Below are positions 56,346-64,000 of a stretch of 64,000 nucleotides of DNA, one piece after another. Made by a program: the position numbers and the translations under genes. This DNA comes from an uncultured Gemmatimonadales bacterium (GTDB lineage Bacteria > Gemmatimonadota > Gemmatimonadetes > Longimicrobiales > RSA9), in contig CAWFKH010000003.1 of assembly GCA_963816355.1 (NCBI GenBank), forward strand, positions 704,001 to 768,000. Direction: 5' to 3'. Positions within the stretch are counted from its first letter, which is position 1, and every line of letters starts with the position of its first letter. The notes under the pieces were generated by a model. The model was not told where the DNA came from and searched no databases. It worked only from the letters and a program-made list of their open reading frames with translations.

Positions 56346-56969
56346 ATGCCTGAGCCGTTGACGGATCTGGAGCACCGGATCCTCGAGTACCTGATTGAGT
56401 ACCTCCGGGTGAACACGTATCAGCCCTCGATCCGCGAGATCGGCCGCCGCTTCGACATCAAGAGCACGAAGACGGTGTCGGAGTACCTCCAGGCGCTCGC
56501 GCGCAAGGGATGGGTCGAGCGCGACCCGTCTCGCTCGCGCGGCGTCCGCCTGCTCGGCGTCGATCTCCGCATGGGCGGCGTGGCTGCGGACGTGATCGCC
56601 ATTGGAACGGGCGATGGCGACGCCGCATTCGACCCCGCGGTCTTCCGCGCGTTGCGCGTGGTGACCACGGCCCCGGGCCTCTCGGACCTCGGGTGTCGCA
56701 CGGGCGATCTGCTATTCGTCCAGGGGTTGGACGACGCGCCGCTGGACGACGGCGACATCGTCGCGGCCCGCTATGGCGCTGTCGTCGCCGCCGGACGGTG
56801 CGTGGCCGGCGCGGACGGCCTGCGGCTCGAGGGCCTCTCCTCCGAGCCACTGTCGCTGCTGCCGGAGCCGGCAGAGGGCCTGCAGGTGCTCGGGCGCGCC
56901 GTCGGTTGCTGGAGGCCGTTCCCGCAGCGCTCCCGGACCGAGACACCGATCGCCGGCGAGGCCACCTGA
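56346..56969 (+). CDS. LexA-like repressor with intact DNA-binding domain and degenerate S24 protease domain
   Basis: LT....IL.YL...YQPSIREIG..F.IKST.TV..YL.AL.RKG..ER...RSRG; GDLLFV, DGDIVAAR, VLGRAVG; no Ala-Gly site or catalytic Ser/Lys recognisable. Confidence 0.78.
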   Translation: MPEPLTDLEHRILEYLIEYLRVNTYQPSIREIGRRFDIKSTKTVSEYLQALARKGWVERDPSRSRGVRLLGVDLRMGGVAADVIAIGTGDGDAAFDPAVFRALRVVTTAPGLSDLGCRTGDLLFVQGLDDAPLDDGDIVAARYGAVVAAGRCVAGADGLRLEGLSSEPLSLLPEPAEGLQVLGRAVGCWRPFPQRSRTETPIAGEAT

Positions 56970-57010
56970 TCGAGGCCGCCGACGGCGCTCGCGCTCCGGC
57001 GTCCGAGGAC

Positions 57011-57448
57011 GTGATGTGGATGGCGCGCGCGATGGAGCAGGCCCGCGTCGCCGCGCTCGAGGACGAGGTCCCCGTTGGTGCGGTGCTCGTCGTGGCCGGC
57101 CGTCTCGTGGCGGAGGGGCGCAACCGCACCCGCGCCTGGAACGATCCGACGGCGCACGCCGAGATGGTGGCGTTGCGGACCGCCGCCGCGCGCTCACCCA
57201 ACTGGCGGCTGCTCGAGGCGACGCTCTATGTGACGCTCGAGCCGTGCGCCATGTGCGCCGGCGCCCTCGTCCTCGCCCGCGTACGACGCCTCGTGTTCGC
57301 GGCCGCGGATCCGAAGGCCGGCATGTGCGGCTCCCTTGGCTCCATCGTGCAGGACCCCCGCCTGAATCACCGCGTGCCAGTCACTACCGGCGTCCTCGCC
57401 GGGCCCTCCGCCGACCTGCTGCGCCGCTTCTTCGCCGAACGCCGCTGA
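57011..57448 (+). CDS. tadA: tRNA adenosine(34) deaminase (start uncertain, may extend to about 56966)
   Basis: EVPVGAV, DPTAHAE, LYVTLEPCAMC, DPKAG, RLNH, FFAERR. Confidence 0.93.
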   Translation: MMWMARAMEQARVAALEDEVPVGAVLVVAGRLVAEGRNRTRAWNDPTAHAEMVALRTAAARSPNWRLLEATLYVTLEPCAMCAGALVLARVRRLVFAAADPKAGMCGSLGSIVQDPRLNHRVPVTTGVLAGPSADLLRRFFAERR

Positions 57449-57511
57449 GGGAAGCCCGCCCGGAGAGCGTCCGCCCCGCCGGTCTCGAATCGCCCCTGCG
57501 CCCGCGAGCTG

Positions 57512-57863
57512 CCGTCATTTCGGGCGCGTACGGCTCTGTTCGCGGAAAGTGTGGGTCGGCTCCACGAACCCCGCCATTCCGGGCGCGTGCGGCTCTGTTC
57601 GCGGAAAGTGTGGGTCAGCCCCCACGAACCCCGCCATTCCGGCGCGTGCGGCTCTGTTCGCGGAAAGTGTGGGTCGGCCGATCGCGCTCTCAGGCCAACA
57701 GCGATTCCAGGATCCGCAGGTGGAGGAGCGCCTTGCGCCGCGGATCCTGCGGGACCGCCTCACCGGCATGGTCGGCGTGGCGAGCGCGAGCGCATGCGTG
57801 CCTGGGTCACATGCGGGCGATCGCCCGGGGGCGGGCGCCACCCACACTTTTCGCGAACAGAGC
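57512..57863. mobile_element. Possible MITE/IS-end remnant: three direct copies (59-bp period) and one inverted copy of a 24-bp motif
   Basis: GCTCTGTTCGCGGAAAGTGTGGGT at 57533, 57592, 57651; inverted ACCCACACTTTTCGCGAACAGAGC at 57840-57863 (1 mismatch). Confidence 0.45.
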
Positions 57864-57998
57864 GTTACGAGGGAGCGCGAGCGACATCGGTTGGGTCGGA
57901 CGACGTCGGCCGCGGCGGCCGACGTGGGCTGCGGCGATCTCCTCCGCCGGCCTCCCGGCGCCGGCGAGGCGACGCCGGCCGTTTACCGGCGGCAGCGC

Positions 57999-59546
57999 CT
58001 AGTCGGTCGTCGCTGACGCCCGGTGGTCGCGGCGGCGCAGCGCGCTATGGCGTCGGCCGTAGAAATAGTAGATCGCGAGGCCGATCATGAGCCAGATGGC
58101 GAAGCGGGCCCACGTCTCCCACGGCAGACCGAGCATGAGGCCGATGCAGGAGACGACGGCGAGCACGGGGACGAGAGGGACGAGCGGCGTGCGGAACGGT
58201 CGGGGCCGGTCCGGGTCGGTGCGTCGCAGCACGAGGATGCCGATCGCCACGAGCACGAAGGCGAAGAGGGTCCCGATGTTGGTGAGCTCGATCACCCAGT
58301 CGATCGGCGCGAACGCGGCGAAAAATGCGACGAAGGCGCCCGTGAGGATCGTGGTGACGTGGGGCGTCCGGTACTTGGGGTGGACGCGCGCGGCCCACGG
58401 CGGCAGCAGCCCGTCGCGGGCCATCGCGAAGAAGATGCGCGGCTGGCCGAGCTGGAAGACGAGGAGCACGGACGTCGTGGCGACGACGGCGCCGAACGCG
58501 ATCAGGCCCGCGCCGACATCGAGTCCACGCGCCGAGAACGCGGTGGAGAGCGGGTCGGCGGTGTCGAGGATGTGCCACGGTACGAGACCGGTGAGCACCG
58601 CGGCGACGGCGACGTAGATGATGGTCGTGATCACGAGCGAGGCGATCATCGCGAACGGCATGTCCCGCTGCGGATTGCGGCTCTCTTCGGCCGCGGTGGA
58701 GACGGCGTCGAAACCGATGTAGGCGAAGAACATCAACGCTGCGCCGGTCCAGATCCCGTGAAAGCCGTTCGGCGCGAAAGGCCGCCAGTTCTCCGGCCGG
58801 ACGAAGCGCATGCCGACCACGAGGAAGATCGTGAGCGTGACCAGCTTGACGACGACCATCCCGGTGTTGAACCACGCGCTCTCGCGGATGCCCACGACCA
58901 GAACCCAGGTGATCAGGACGACGATGGCGACGGCGGGAAGGTTGAACACGATCGGCATGCCGAAGAGATGCGGCGCGCCCTGCAGCGTCTCGGCCGCGGT
59001 GCGCACCTGCTCGGAGAGCGTCGCCGGGTCGCCCCCCTGCGCGACGACGTCGCGGACCTGGCCTGCGGCGCGGAACGCGTACAGCGTCGGGACTCCGAGC
59101 CAGCGCGGAAGGGAGACGCCGAGCCCGCGCAGCAGCGTCTGGAAGTAATCGGACCAGCTCACGGCCACCGCGATGTTGCCGACGGCGTACTCGATGATCA
59201 GGTCCCAGCCGATGATCCACGCGACGAGCTCGCCCAGCGTCGCGTACGAGTAGGTGTAGGCGCTCCCCGCGGTCGGAATCATCGCGGCGAACTCGGCGTA
59301 GCAGAGCGCGGCGAAGCCGCAGGCCACGGCCACCAGCACGACGGACAGCATCAGGCCGGGTCCCGCGCCCAGGTGCCCACCGCCGCCCGCGATCGCCGTG
59401 CCGGTCGCCGAGAAGATGCCCGCGCCGATGATCGCGCCGATTCCGAGCGCGGTGAGTTGCCAGGGGCCGAGCGTGCGCTTGAGCTGCGTGTGCTCGGTCT
59501 CGCCCATTTCGACGTCGATGGGCTTCCTGCGCAGGAGCGGGTTCAT
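57999..59546 (-). CDS. APC-family amino acid permease (cationic amino acid transporter-like)
   Basis: LKRTLG, GIGAIIGAGIF, YAEFA, GSAYTY, FFAYIGFD, EE..NP.RD, MARDGLLP, RPFRTP. Confidence 0.93.
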   Translation of the reverse strand: MNPLLRRKPIDVEMGETEHTQLKRTLGPWQLTALGIGAIIGAGIFSATGTAIAGGGGHLGAGPGLMLSVVLVAVACGFAALCYAEFAAMIPTAGSAYTYSYATLGELVAWIIGWDLIIEYAVGNIAVAVSWSDYFQTLLRGLGVSLPRWLGVPTLYAFRAAGQVRDVVAQGGDPATLSEQVRTAAETLQGAPHLFGMPIVFNLPAVAIVVLITWVLVVGIRESAWFNTGMVVVKLVTLTIFLVVGMRFVRPENWRPFAPNGFHGIWTGAALMFFAYIGFDAVSTAAEESRNPQRDMPFAMIASLVITTIIYVAVAAVLTGLVPWHILDTADPLSTAFSARGLDVGAGLIAFGAVVATTSVLLVFQLGQPRIFFAMARDGLLPPWAARVHPKYRTPHVTTILTGAFVAFFAAFAPIDWVIELTNIGTLFAFVLVAIGILVLRRTDPDRPRPFRTPLVPLVPVLAVVSCIGLMLGLPWETWARFAIWLMIGLAIYYFYGRRHSALRRRDHRASATTD

Positions 59547-59612
59547 GACGGTGTCGTCCTCGTGCTGTCTGTCGCCGGGAGGAAGCGGGTTTGCGAAGGT
59601 AGGGCGGGGGAG

Positions 59613-59663
59613 GGCGGGAGGCAACGGAGAAGGCGGGATGGACTGCGGGATTGGACTGCGGGG
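59613..59663. repeat. Degenerate 12-13-bp repeats (GCGGGAT(T)GGACT), inverted relative to the 60121 array
   Basis: GGCGGGAGGCAACGG...GGCGGGATGGACTGCGGGATTGGACTGCGGGG. Confidence 0.55.
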
Positions 59664-59708
59664 CGGGGAGGGGGGAGAAGGTTGGGTCCGGGGATGGCCT
59701 GTTGGGGC

Positions 59709-60092
59709 ATGGATCTGCCCCGGCAGAAGATGTTTCGTCCGGGTATGGACGGGAGACTGCGGATGTTGGACGCCGCCGAGGCGCTGGTGGGGGAGGTGGA
59801 TCGTCGGGTGTCACGCGTCCGGTGGAAGGCGCCGAACGCGGCGGACCACCTCAGGCGCTCCGCCGAGTCCGTGCTCTTCAACACGGGCGAGGGCGCGGCG
59901 GCGTTCAGCCCGGGAACGAAGACTTCCTGCTATCGCGTGGCGCACCGTGAAGCAGGTGAGGTTCGCGCCGCGCTGCGGCGCCTGGTGGTCGGCAACCTGT
60001 TGTCACATCGAGAGAGCCAGCGCCCCTACGCCCTCGCCGGCGCCCTGATGCGCATGCTCGCCAGCGCGATCAACAGCGTCGAGTCCCGATGA
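59709..60092 (+). CDS. Four-helix-bundle protein (23S rRNA IVS protein/Avd-like family); start uncertain (59694-59763)
   Basis: [18 protein letters not shown] matches DQL.RA..SI..NIAEG; K...Y..A..EA.E...L; terminal RML..I. Confidence 0.75.
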   Translation: MDLPRQKMFRPGMDGRLRMLDAAEALVGEVDRRVSRVRWKAPNAADHLRRSAESVLFNTGEGAAAFSPGTKTSCYRVAHREAGEVRAALRRLVVGNLLSHRESQRPYALAGALMRMLASAINSVESR

Positions 60093-60120
60093 TCCGCCAC
60101 CCCTCCCCTCGAAGTTGGTC

Positions 60121-60276
60121 CGCCGTTCCGTCCCGCCGTTCGGTCCCGCAGTTCCGTCCCGCCGTTCCGTCCCGCCGTTCGGTCCCGCCGTTCCGTCCCG
60201 CAGTTCCGTCCCGCCGTTCCGTCCCGCCGTTCCGTCCCGTAGTTCCGTCCCGCCCTCCAGTCCCGCCGTTCCGCCT
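60121..60276. repeat. 13-bp tandem repeat CGC(C/A)GTTC(C/G)GTCC x12
   Basis: Contiguous units from 60121 to 60276; the last three are degenerate. Confidence 0.93.
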
Positions 60277-60304
60277 TTACACCCGCCGCAGCCCCGGTTA
60301 GCTT
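60276..60304 (+). promoter_or_regulatory. sigma70 promoter of the pyrR operon
   Basis: TTTACA (60276-60281)-N17-TAGCTT (60299-60304). Confidence 0.6.
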
Positions 60305-60343
60305 CCCGCCCCGTCGACCCCCACCGCTCTCGAGCACCTCGTC

Positions 60344-60904
60344 ATGGCCGATCCGAACCGACAGCTTCTCATGGACGCGCGCGCGGTCGAGCGCACCGTC
60401 GCGCGCATGGCGCGCGAGCTGGTCGAGCGGAACGCGGGCGTCGATCGGCTGGTGCTCGTCGGCATCCAGCGCCGCGGCGTCCAGCTGGCGGAGATGATCG
60501 CGGCGGAGATCGAGCGCGCGGAGTCGCGTCGCCCTCCGGTCGGCTCGCTGGACATCACGCTCTACCGCGACGACCTGATGGCGATCGGGCCGCGGCCCGT
60601 CGTCGGCGAGACGCGGCTGCCCGAGGGCGGCGTCGACGAGCGCGTCGTGGTGATCGTGGACGACGTCGCCTACACCGGCCGCACCGCGCGCGCGGCGATG
60701 GACGAGCTGGCGGACTTCGGCCGGCCGGCGCGCATCATCCTGTGCGTGCTGATCGACCGCGGCGGCAGGGAGCTGCCGATCCAGCCGGACGTGGCGGGGC
60801 GCGTCCTGGAGGTGGGCGCGGGGCGGCGGGTCGAGGTGCTCGTGCCGGACTTCGACGGCCGCCTCGCCGTCGAGCTGGCCGACAACCCTCCGCAGGAGGC
60901 GTGA
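60344..60904 (+). CDS. pyrR: PyrR bifunctional regulator/uracil phosphoribosyltransferase
   Basis: [37 protein letters not shown]. Confidence 0.95.
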   Translation: MADPNRQLLMDARAVERTVARMARELVERNAGVDRLVLVGIQRRGVQLAEMIAAEIERAESRRPPVGSLDITLYRDDLMAIGPRPVVGETRLPEGGVDERVVVIVDDVAYTGRTARAAMDELADFGRPARIILCVLIDRGGRELPIQPDVAGRVLEVGAGRRVEVLVPDFDGRLAVELADNPPQEA

Positions 60905-61872
60905 TGCCGGCCGCTTCTTCCCTGGGCAAGGACCTGGTCGGGCTCGAGCCGCTGTCGGCCGAGCAGATCCGGACGATCCTCGACACCGCCGAGCCGTTCA
61001 AGGAGATCAGCGAGCGCCAGATCAAGAAGGTGCCGGTGCTGCGCGGCAAGACGATCGTCAACCTCTTCTTCGAGCCGTCCACGCGCACGCGCGTCAGCTT
61101 CGAGTTCGCCGAGAAACGCCTCTCCGCCGACACCGTCAACATCGCGGCGAGCGGCTCGAGCGTCTCGAAGGGGGAGACGCTGGTCGACACGGCGCGCAAC
61201 CTCGAGGCGATGCGCATCGACATGGTGGTGATCCGCCACGGCGCCAGCGGCGCGGCGCGCTTCCTCGCCGAGCGGATCCGCTCCAACGTGGTCAACGCGG
61301 GCGACGGCCGCCACGAGCACCCGACGCAGGGACTGCTCGACATGCTGACGATCCGCGACCATGTCGGCGCGATCGAGGGCGTGCGCGTCTGCATCGTCGG
61401 CGACATCCTGCACTCGCGCGTGGCACGTTCCAACATCTGGGGCCTCACGAAGCTCGGCGCGGAAGTCGCCGTGTGCGGCCCGCGCACGCTTCTGCCACCG
61501 GCGATCGAGGAACTGGGCGTGCGCGTCTTCGCCCGCGTCGAGGAAGCGATCGCGTGGGCGCAGGTGCTCAACATCCTGCGCCTTCAGCTGGAACGGATGC
61601 AGGGCGGCTATGTGCCCACGCTGCGCGAGTACAACCGCATCTTCGGCGTGACGCGGGAGCGGCTCGACGCCGCGCCCGAGCCGCTCCTCATTCTGCACCC
61701 CGGCCCCATGAACCGCGGCGTCGAGATCGACAGCGACGTGGCCGACGGCGAGCATTCCGTGATCCTGCACCAGGTCACGAACGGCGTGGCCATCCGGATG
61801 GCCGTGCTCTACCTGCTCGCCGGCGGCTCGCCCGAGCGGGCCGAGGCGGCGAAGGGCGCGAGGGAGGCGTAG
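60904..61872 (+). CDS. pyrB: Aspartate carbamoyltransferase catalytic subunit
   Basis: [43 protein letters not shown]. Confidence 0.97.
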   Translation: MPAASSLGKDLVGLEPLSAEQIRTILDTAEPFKEISERQIKKVPVLRGKTIVNLFFEPSTRTRVSFEFAEKRLSADTVNIAASGSSVSKGETLVDTARNLEAMRIDMVVIRHGASGAARFLAERIRSNVVNAGDGRHEHPTQGLLDMLTIRDHVGAIEGVRVCIVGDILHSRVARSNIWGLTKLGAEVAVCGPRTLLPPAIEELGVRVFARVEEAIAWAQVLNILRLQLERMQGGYVPTLREYNRIFGVTRERLDAAPEPLLILHPGPMNRGVEIDSDVADGEHSVILHQVTNGVAIRMAVLYLLAGGSPERAEAAKGAREA

Positions 61873-61873
61873 C

Positions 61874-63238
61874 GTGGCCGACGGCATCGGGCGGCGGTGG
61901 ACGCCGGGGGGCGAGGCGGCCGCGCGCGCGGAAGACGGACGGCGCGCCATCGCCGCGCGGCCGCTGCTGCTGCGCGGCGGGCGCGTGATCGACCCGAGCC
62001 AGGGGATCGACGAGGTGCGCGACGTGCTGCTCGTCGACGGCGCCGTCGCCGAGGTCGCGGCGCGCGTCGAGGCGCCCGCGGACGCCGAAGTGCGCGACGT
62101 CGCCGGACAGGTCGTCTGCCCCGGTTTGATCGACCTGCACGCCCACCTGCGCGAGCCGGGCGGCGAGCACAAGGAGACGATCCGCACCGGCGCGCGGGCG
62201 GCGGCGGCGGGCGGCTTCACGGCGGTGTGCGCGATGCCGAACACGGACCCGCCGATCGACGACCCCGCGGCGGTCGGCTTCGTTCGCGCCGAAGGGCTGC
62301 GCGCGGGCGGCGCCCGGGTCTACCCGACCGGCGCGGTCTCGGTGGGCCAGAAGGGGGAGCGGCTGACGGAGATCGGCGAGATGGTCGAGGCCGGCGCCGT
62401 CGCCATCACGGACGACGGGCTGCCGGTGTCGGACGCGGGGCTGATGCGCCTCGCGCTCGAGTACACGCAGGCGTTCGGCATCCCGGTCGCGAGCCACTGC
62501 GAGGAGCGCGGCCTCTCGCGCGGCGGCTCGATGAACGAGGGCGTCGTATCGACGCGCCTCGGCCTGATCGGAATCCCGAACGCGGCCGAGGACGTGATGA
62601 TCGCGCGCGACCTGCTGATCGCCGAGCTGACCGGAGGCCGCCTCCACATCCAGCACGTCTCCACCCGGCAGGGCGTGGACCTGATCCGCGCGGCGAAGGC
62701 GCGCGGCGTGCGCGTGAGCGCGGAAGCGACGCCGCACCACTTCACGCTCACCGACGAGGCGGTGGACGGCTACCGCACCGAGGCGAAGGTGAATCCGCCG
62801 CTGCGCGCGGCCGCGGACCGAGAGGCGGTGCGCGCCGGCGTCGCCGACGGCACGCTGGACGTGATTGCGACCGACCACGCGCCGCACCATTACGACGAGA
62901 AGGAGCAGGCCTTCGACGAGGCGCCGTTCGGCCTCGTGGGCCTCGAGACCGCGCTCGGCCTCGCCCTCGCGGAGCTGGTGGCGAGAGGGTTGATCGACCT
63001 GCCCACGCTCGTCGAGCGGATGAGCTGCGGCCCCGCGCGCGCGTTTTCGCTTCCCGGCGGCACGCTGCGCCGCGGCGCCCCCGCGGACGTCACCGTCTTC
63101 GACCCGGCGCTGGAGTGGACGGTCGAGCCGCGCGCCTTCCTCTCCAAGAGCCGCAACACGCCGTTCGCCGGCCGCACCCTCGTCGGCCGCGCCACGCTGA
63201 CGCTCGTCGGCGGGCGCGTCGCCTTCGCGCTGCCATGA
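61874..63238 (+). CDS. pyrC: Dihydroorotase
   Basis: DLHAHLREPG, MPNT, HCEE, HVST, PHH, NPPLR, ATDHAPH, SKSRNTPF. Confidence 0.95.
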   Translation: MADGIGRRWTPGGEAAARAEDGRRAIAARPLLLRGGRVIDPSQGIDEVRDVLLVDGAVAEVAARVEAPADAEVRDVAGQVVCPGLIDLHAHLREPGGEHKETIRTGARAAAAGGFTAVCAMPNTDPPIDDPAAVGFVRAEGLRAGGARVYPTGAVSVGQKGERLTEIGEMVEAGAVAITDDGLPVSDAGLMRLALEYTQAFGIPVASHCEERGLSRGGSMNEGVVSTRLGLIGIPNAAEDVMIARDLLIAELTGGRLHIQHVSTRQGVDLIRAAKARGVRVSAEATPHHFTLTDEAVDGYRTEAKVNPPLRAAADREAVRAGVADGTLDVIATDHAPHHYDEKEQAFDEAPFGLVGLETALGLALAELVARGLIDLPTLVERMSCGPARAFSLPGGTLRRGAPADVTVFDPALEWTVEPRAFLSKSRNTPFAGRTLVGRATLTLVGGRVAFALP

Positions 63239-64000
63239 GCGACGCCGCGAGGACCGCTCGCGAGTGGATCGGCGCGGGCGCCTTCCCCTGGCCGTCCGTC
63301 CACGACGTCGAGGAGGGCCAGCTGCTCGTCGGCTGCTACTGCGTCGCCAGCGCGCAGCTCGGCACCACGCGCCACGACAAGCCGTTCCTCCGCCTGCAAC
63401 TCAGCGACCTCCACGGCACCGTCGAAGCGCGCGTGTGGGACGACGTCGACGCCGCCGAGCCCGCCGCCCGCGCCGGCGCCTTCGTCGGCGTCCGCGCCCG
63501 CGTCGAGGTGTTCCGCGACACGCGACAGCTCAAGATCGAGGCGATCGCGCCGCTCCGCCTCGCCGAGGACGAGCTCGAGCTGTTCCTGCCGCGCTCGCCG
63601 CGGGACTCGAAGGAGATGGAGGCGGAGCTCGCCGCGCGCATCCGCTCCATCGCGGACCCCGGCCTGCGCGCCGTCGTCGAGCGGCTCATCGGCGCCGGGG
63701 GCGAGCACGCCCGCGCCTTCCGCCTCGCGCCCGCAGCGAAGCACAACCACCATGCGTACGTCGGCGGCCTGCTCGAGCACACCCTCTCCCTCACCGGTGT
63801 CGCCGACCGCCTCGCCCAGCACTACGGCGCCGACGTCGACCGCGACCTGCTCCTCGCCGGCGCGCTCCTCCACGACATCGGCAAGACGCGTGAGATCGCC
63901 CTCGAGCCCGGCTTCCAGTACACGACCGACGGCAAGCTCCTCGGCCACATCCTGATCGGCCTCGACATGGTGCGCGCCGCCGCCGCGAAGGTGCCGTCCC
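63235..64000 (+). CDS. YhaM/Cbf1-like OB-fold plus HD 3'-5' exonuclease (3' partial; absent from the supplied ORF track)
   Basis: ATGA overlap with pyrC; KPFLRLQLSD.HG.VEARVW, PAAKHNHHAYVGGLLEH, DRDLLLAGALLHDIGK, GKLLGHI. Confidence 0.9.
   Translation, partial: MSDAARTAREWIGAGAFPWPSVHDVEEGQLLVGCYCVASAQLGTTRHDKPFLRLQLSDLHGTVEARVWDDVDAAEPAARAGAFVGVRARVEVFRDTRQLKIEAIAPLRLAEDELELFLPRSPRDSKEMEAELAARIRSIADPGLRAVVERLIGAGGEHARAFRLAPAAKHNHHAYVGGLLEHTLSLTGVADRLAQHYGADVDRDLLLAGALLHDIGKTREIALEPGFQYTTDGKLLGHILIGLDMVRAAAAKVPS

Noticed and set aside
57011..57448. tadA as part of the Tad pilus system
   Set aside because: Name coincidence only; HAE and PCxxC motifs identify the tRNA deaminase.
59709..60092. 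Diversity-generating retroelement (Avd)
   Set aside because: No reverse transcriptase and no TR/VR pair differing at adenines in the window.
60121..60276. Repeat arrays (also 1787, 27415, 56043, 57512) as CRISPR
   Set aside because: Units are contiguous or separated by near-identical sequence, there are no unique spacers, and no cas genes are present.
60276..60343. PyrR-binding attenuator
   Set aside because: The leader after the predicted promoter is only about 35 nt, with no PyrR binding-loop consensus or terminator.
692..63948. Numerous long alternative-frame and antisense ORFs in the track (e.g. 10765-13950 -, 29167-31905 -, 37843-40431 +)
   Set aside because: Arg/Pro/Ala-rich shadows of GC-rich genes that overlap motif-supported CDSs.

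Overview
Very GC-rich bacterial chromosome segment. Gene content and order (gltX-tRNA-Gln-lexA-like-tadA, GlnRS-YqeY, pyrR-pyrB-pyrC) suggest Gemmatimonadota, which is an inference. The first ~27 kb is a co-oriented surface-attachment cluster: 3' end of a large beta-helix surface protein, a HAMP histidine kinase/sigma54-activator pair, a GT-C-like membrane protein, a Flp/Tad pilus locus with three extra genes, and an apparently undescribed synthase-dependent exopolysaccharide operon. That operon encodes a KaiC-like ATPase-REC*-GGDEF* regulator with BcsE-like architecture, a TPR/beta-barrel exporter, a PgaC/IcaA-like GT2, a CE4 deacetylase and two small membrane proteins. The pilin gene and the EPS operon have near-identical upstream layouts (shared CCGTAACAT box, IHF-like site, sigma54 promoter with a non-canonical GT at -12), suggesting one regulon. 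After tRNA-Ser come housekeeping and stress genes: nadE, CBS proteins, aeRF1-like protein, egtB, M1 peptidase, tesA-ybbAP, two MscS, HEAT-cyclophilin, a paralogous sigma54 activator, glnS, gltX, tRNA-Gln, a protease-dead LexA, tadA, a permease, pyrRBC and a yhaM-like gene. Other notable items are a ~290-nt candidate structured ncRNA with its own promoter and terminator (46030-46319), a four-helix-bundle gene bracketed by inverted 13-bp repeat arrays, and several tandem-repeat arrays just upstream of promoters. All calls come from motif reading by eye; no searches were run.
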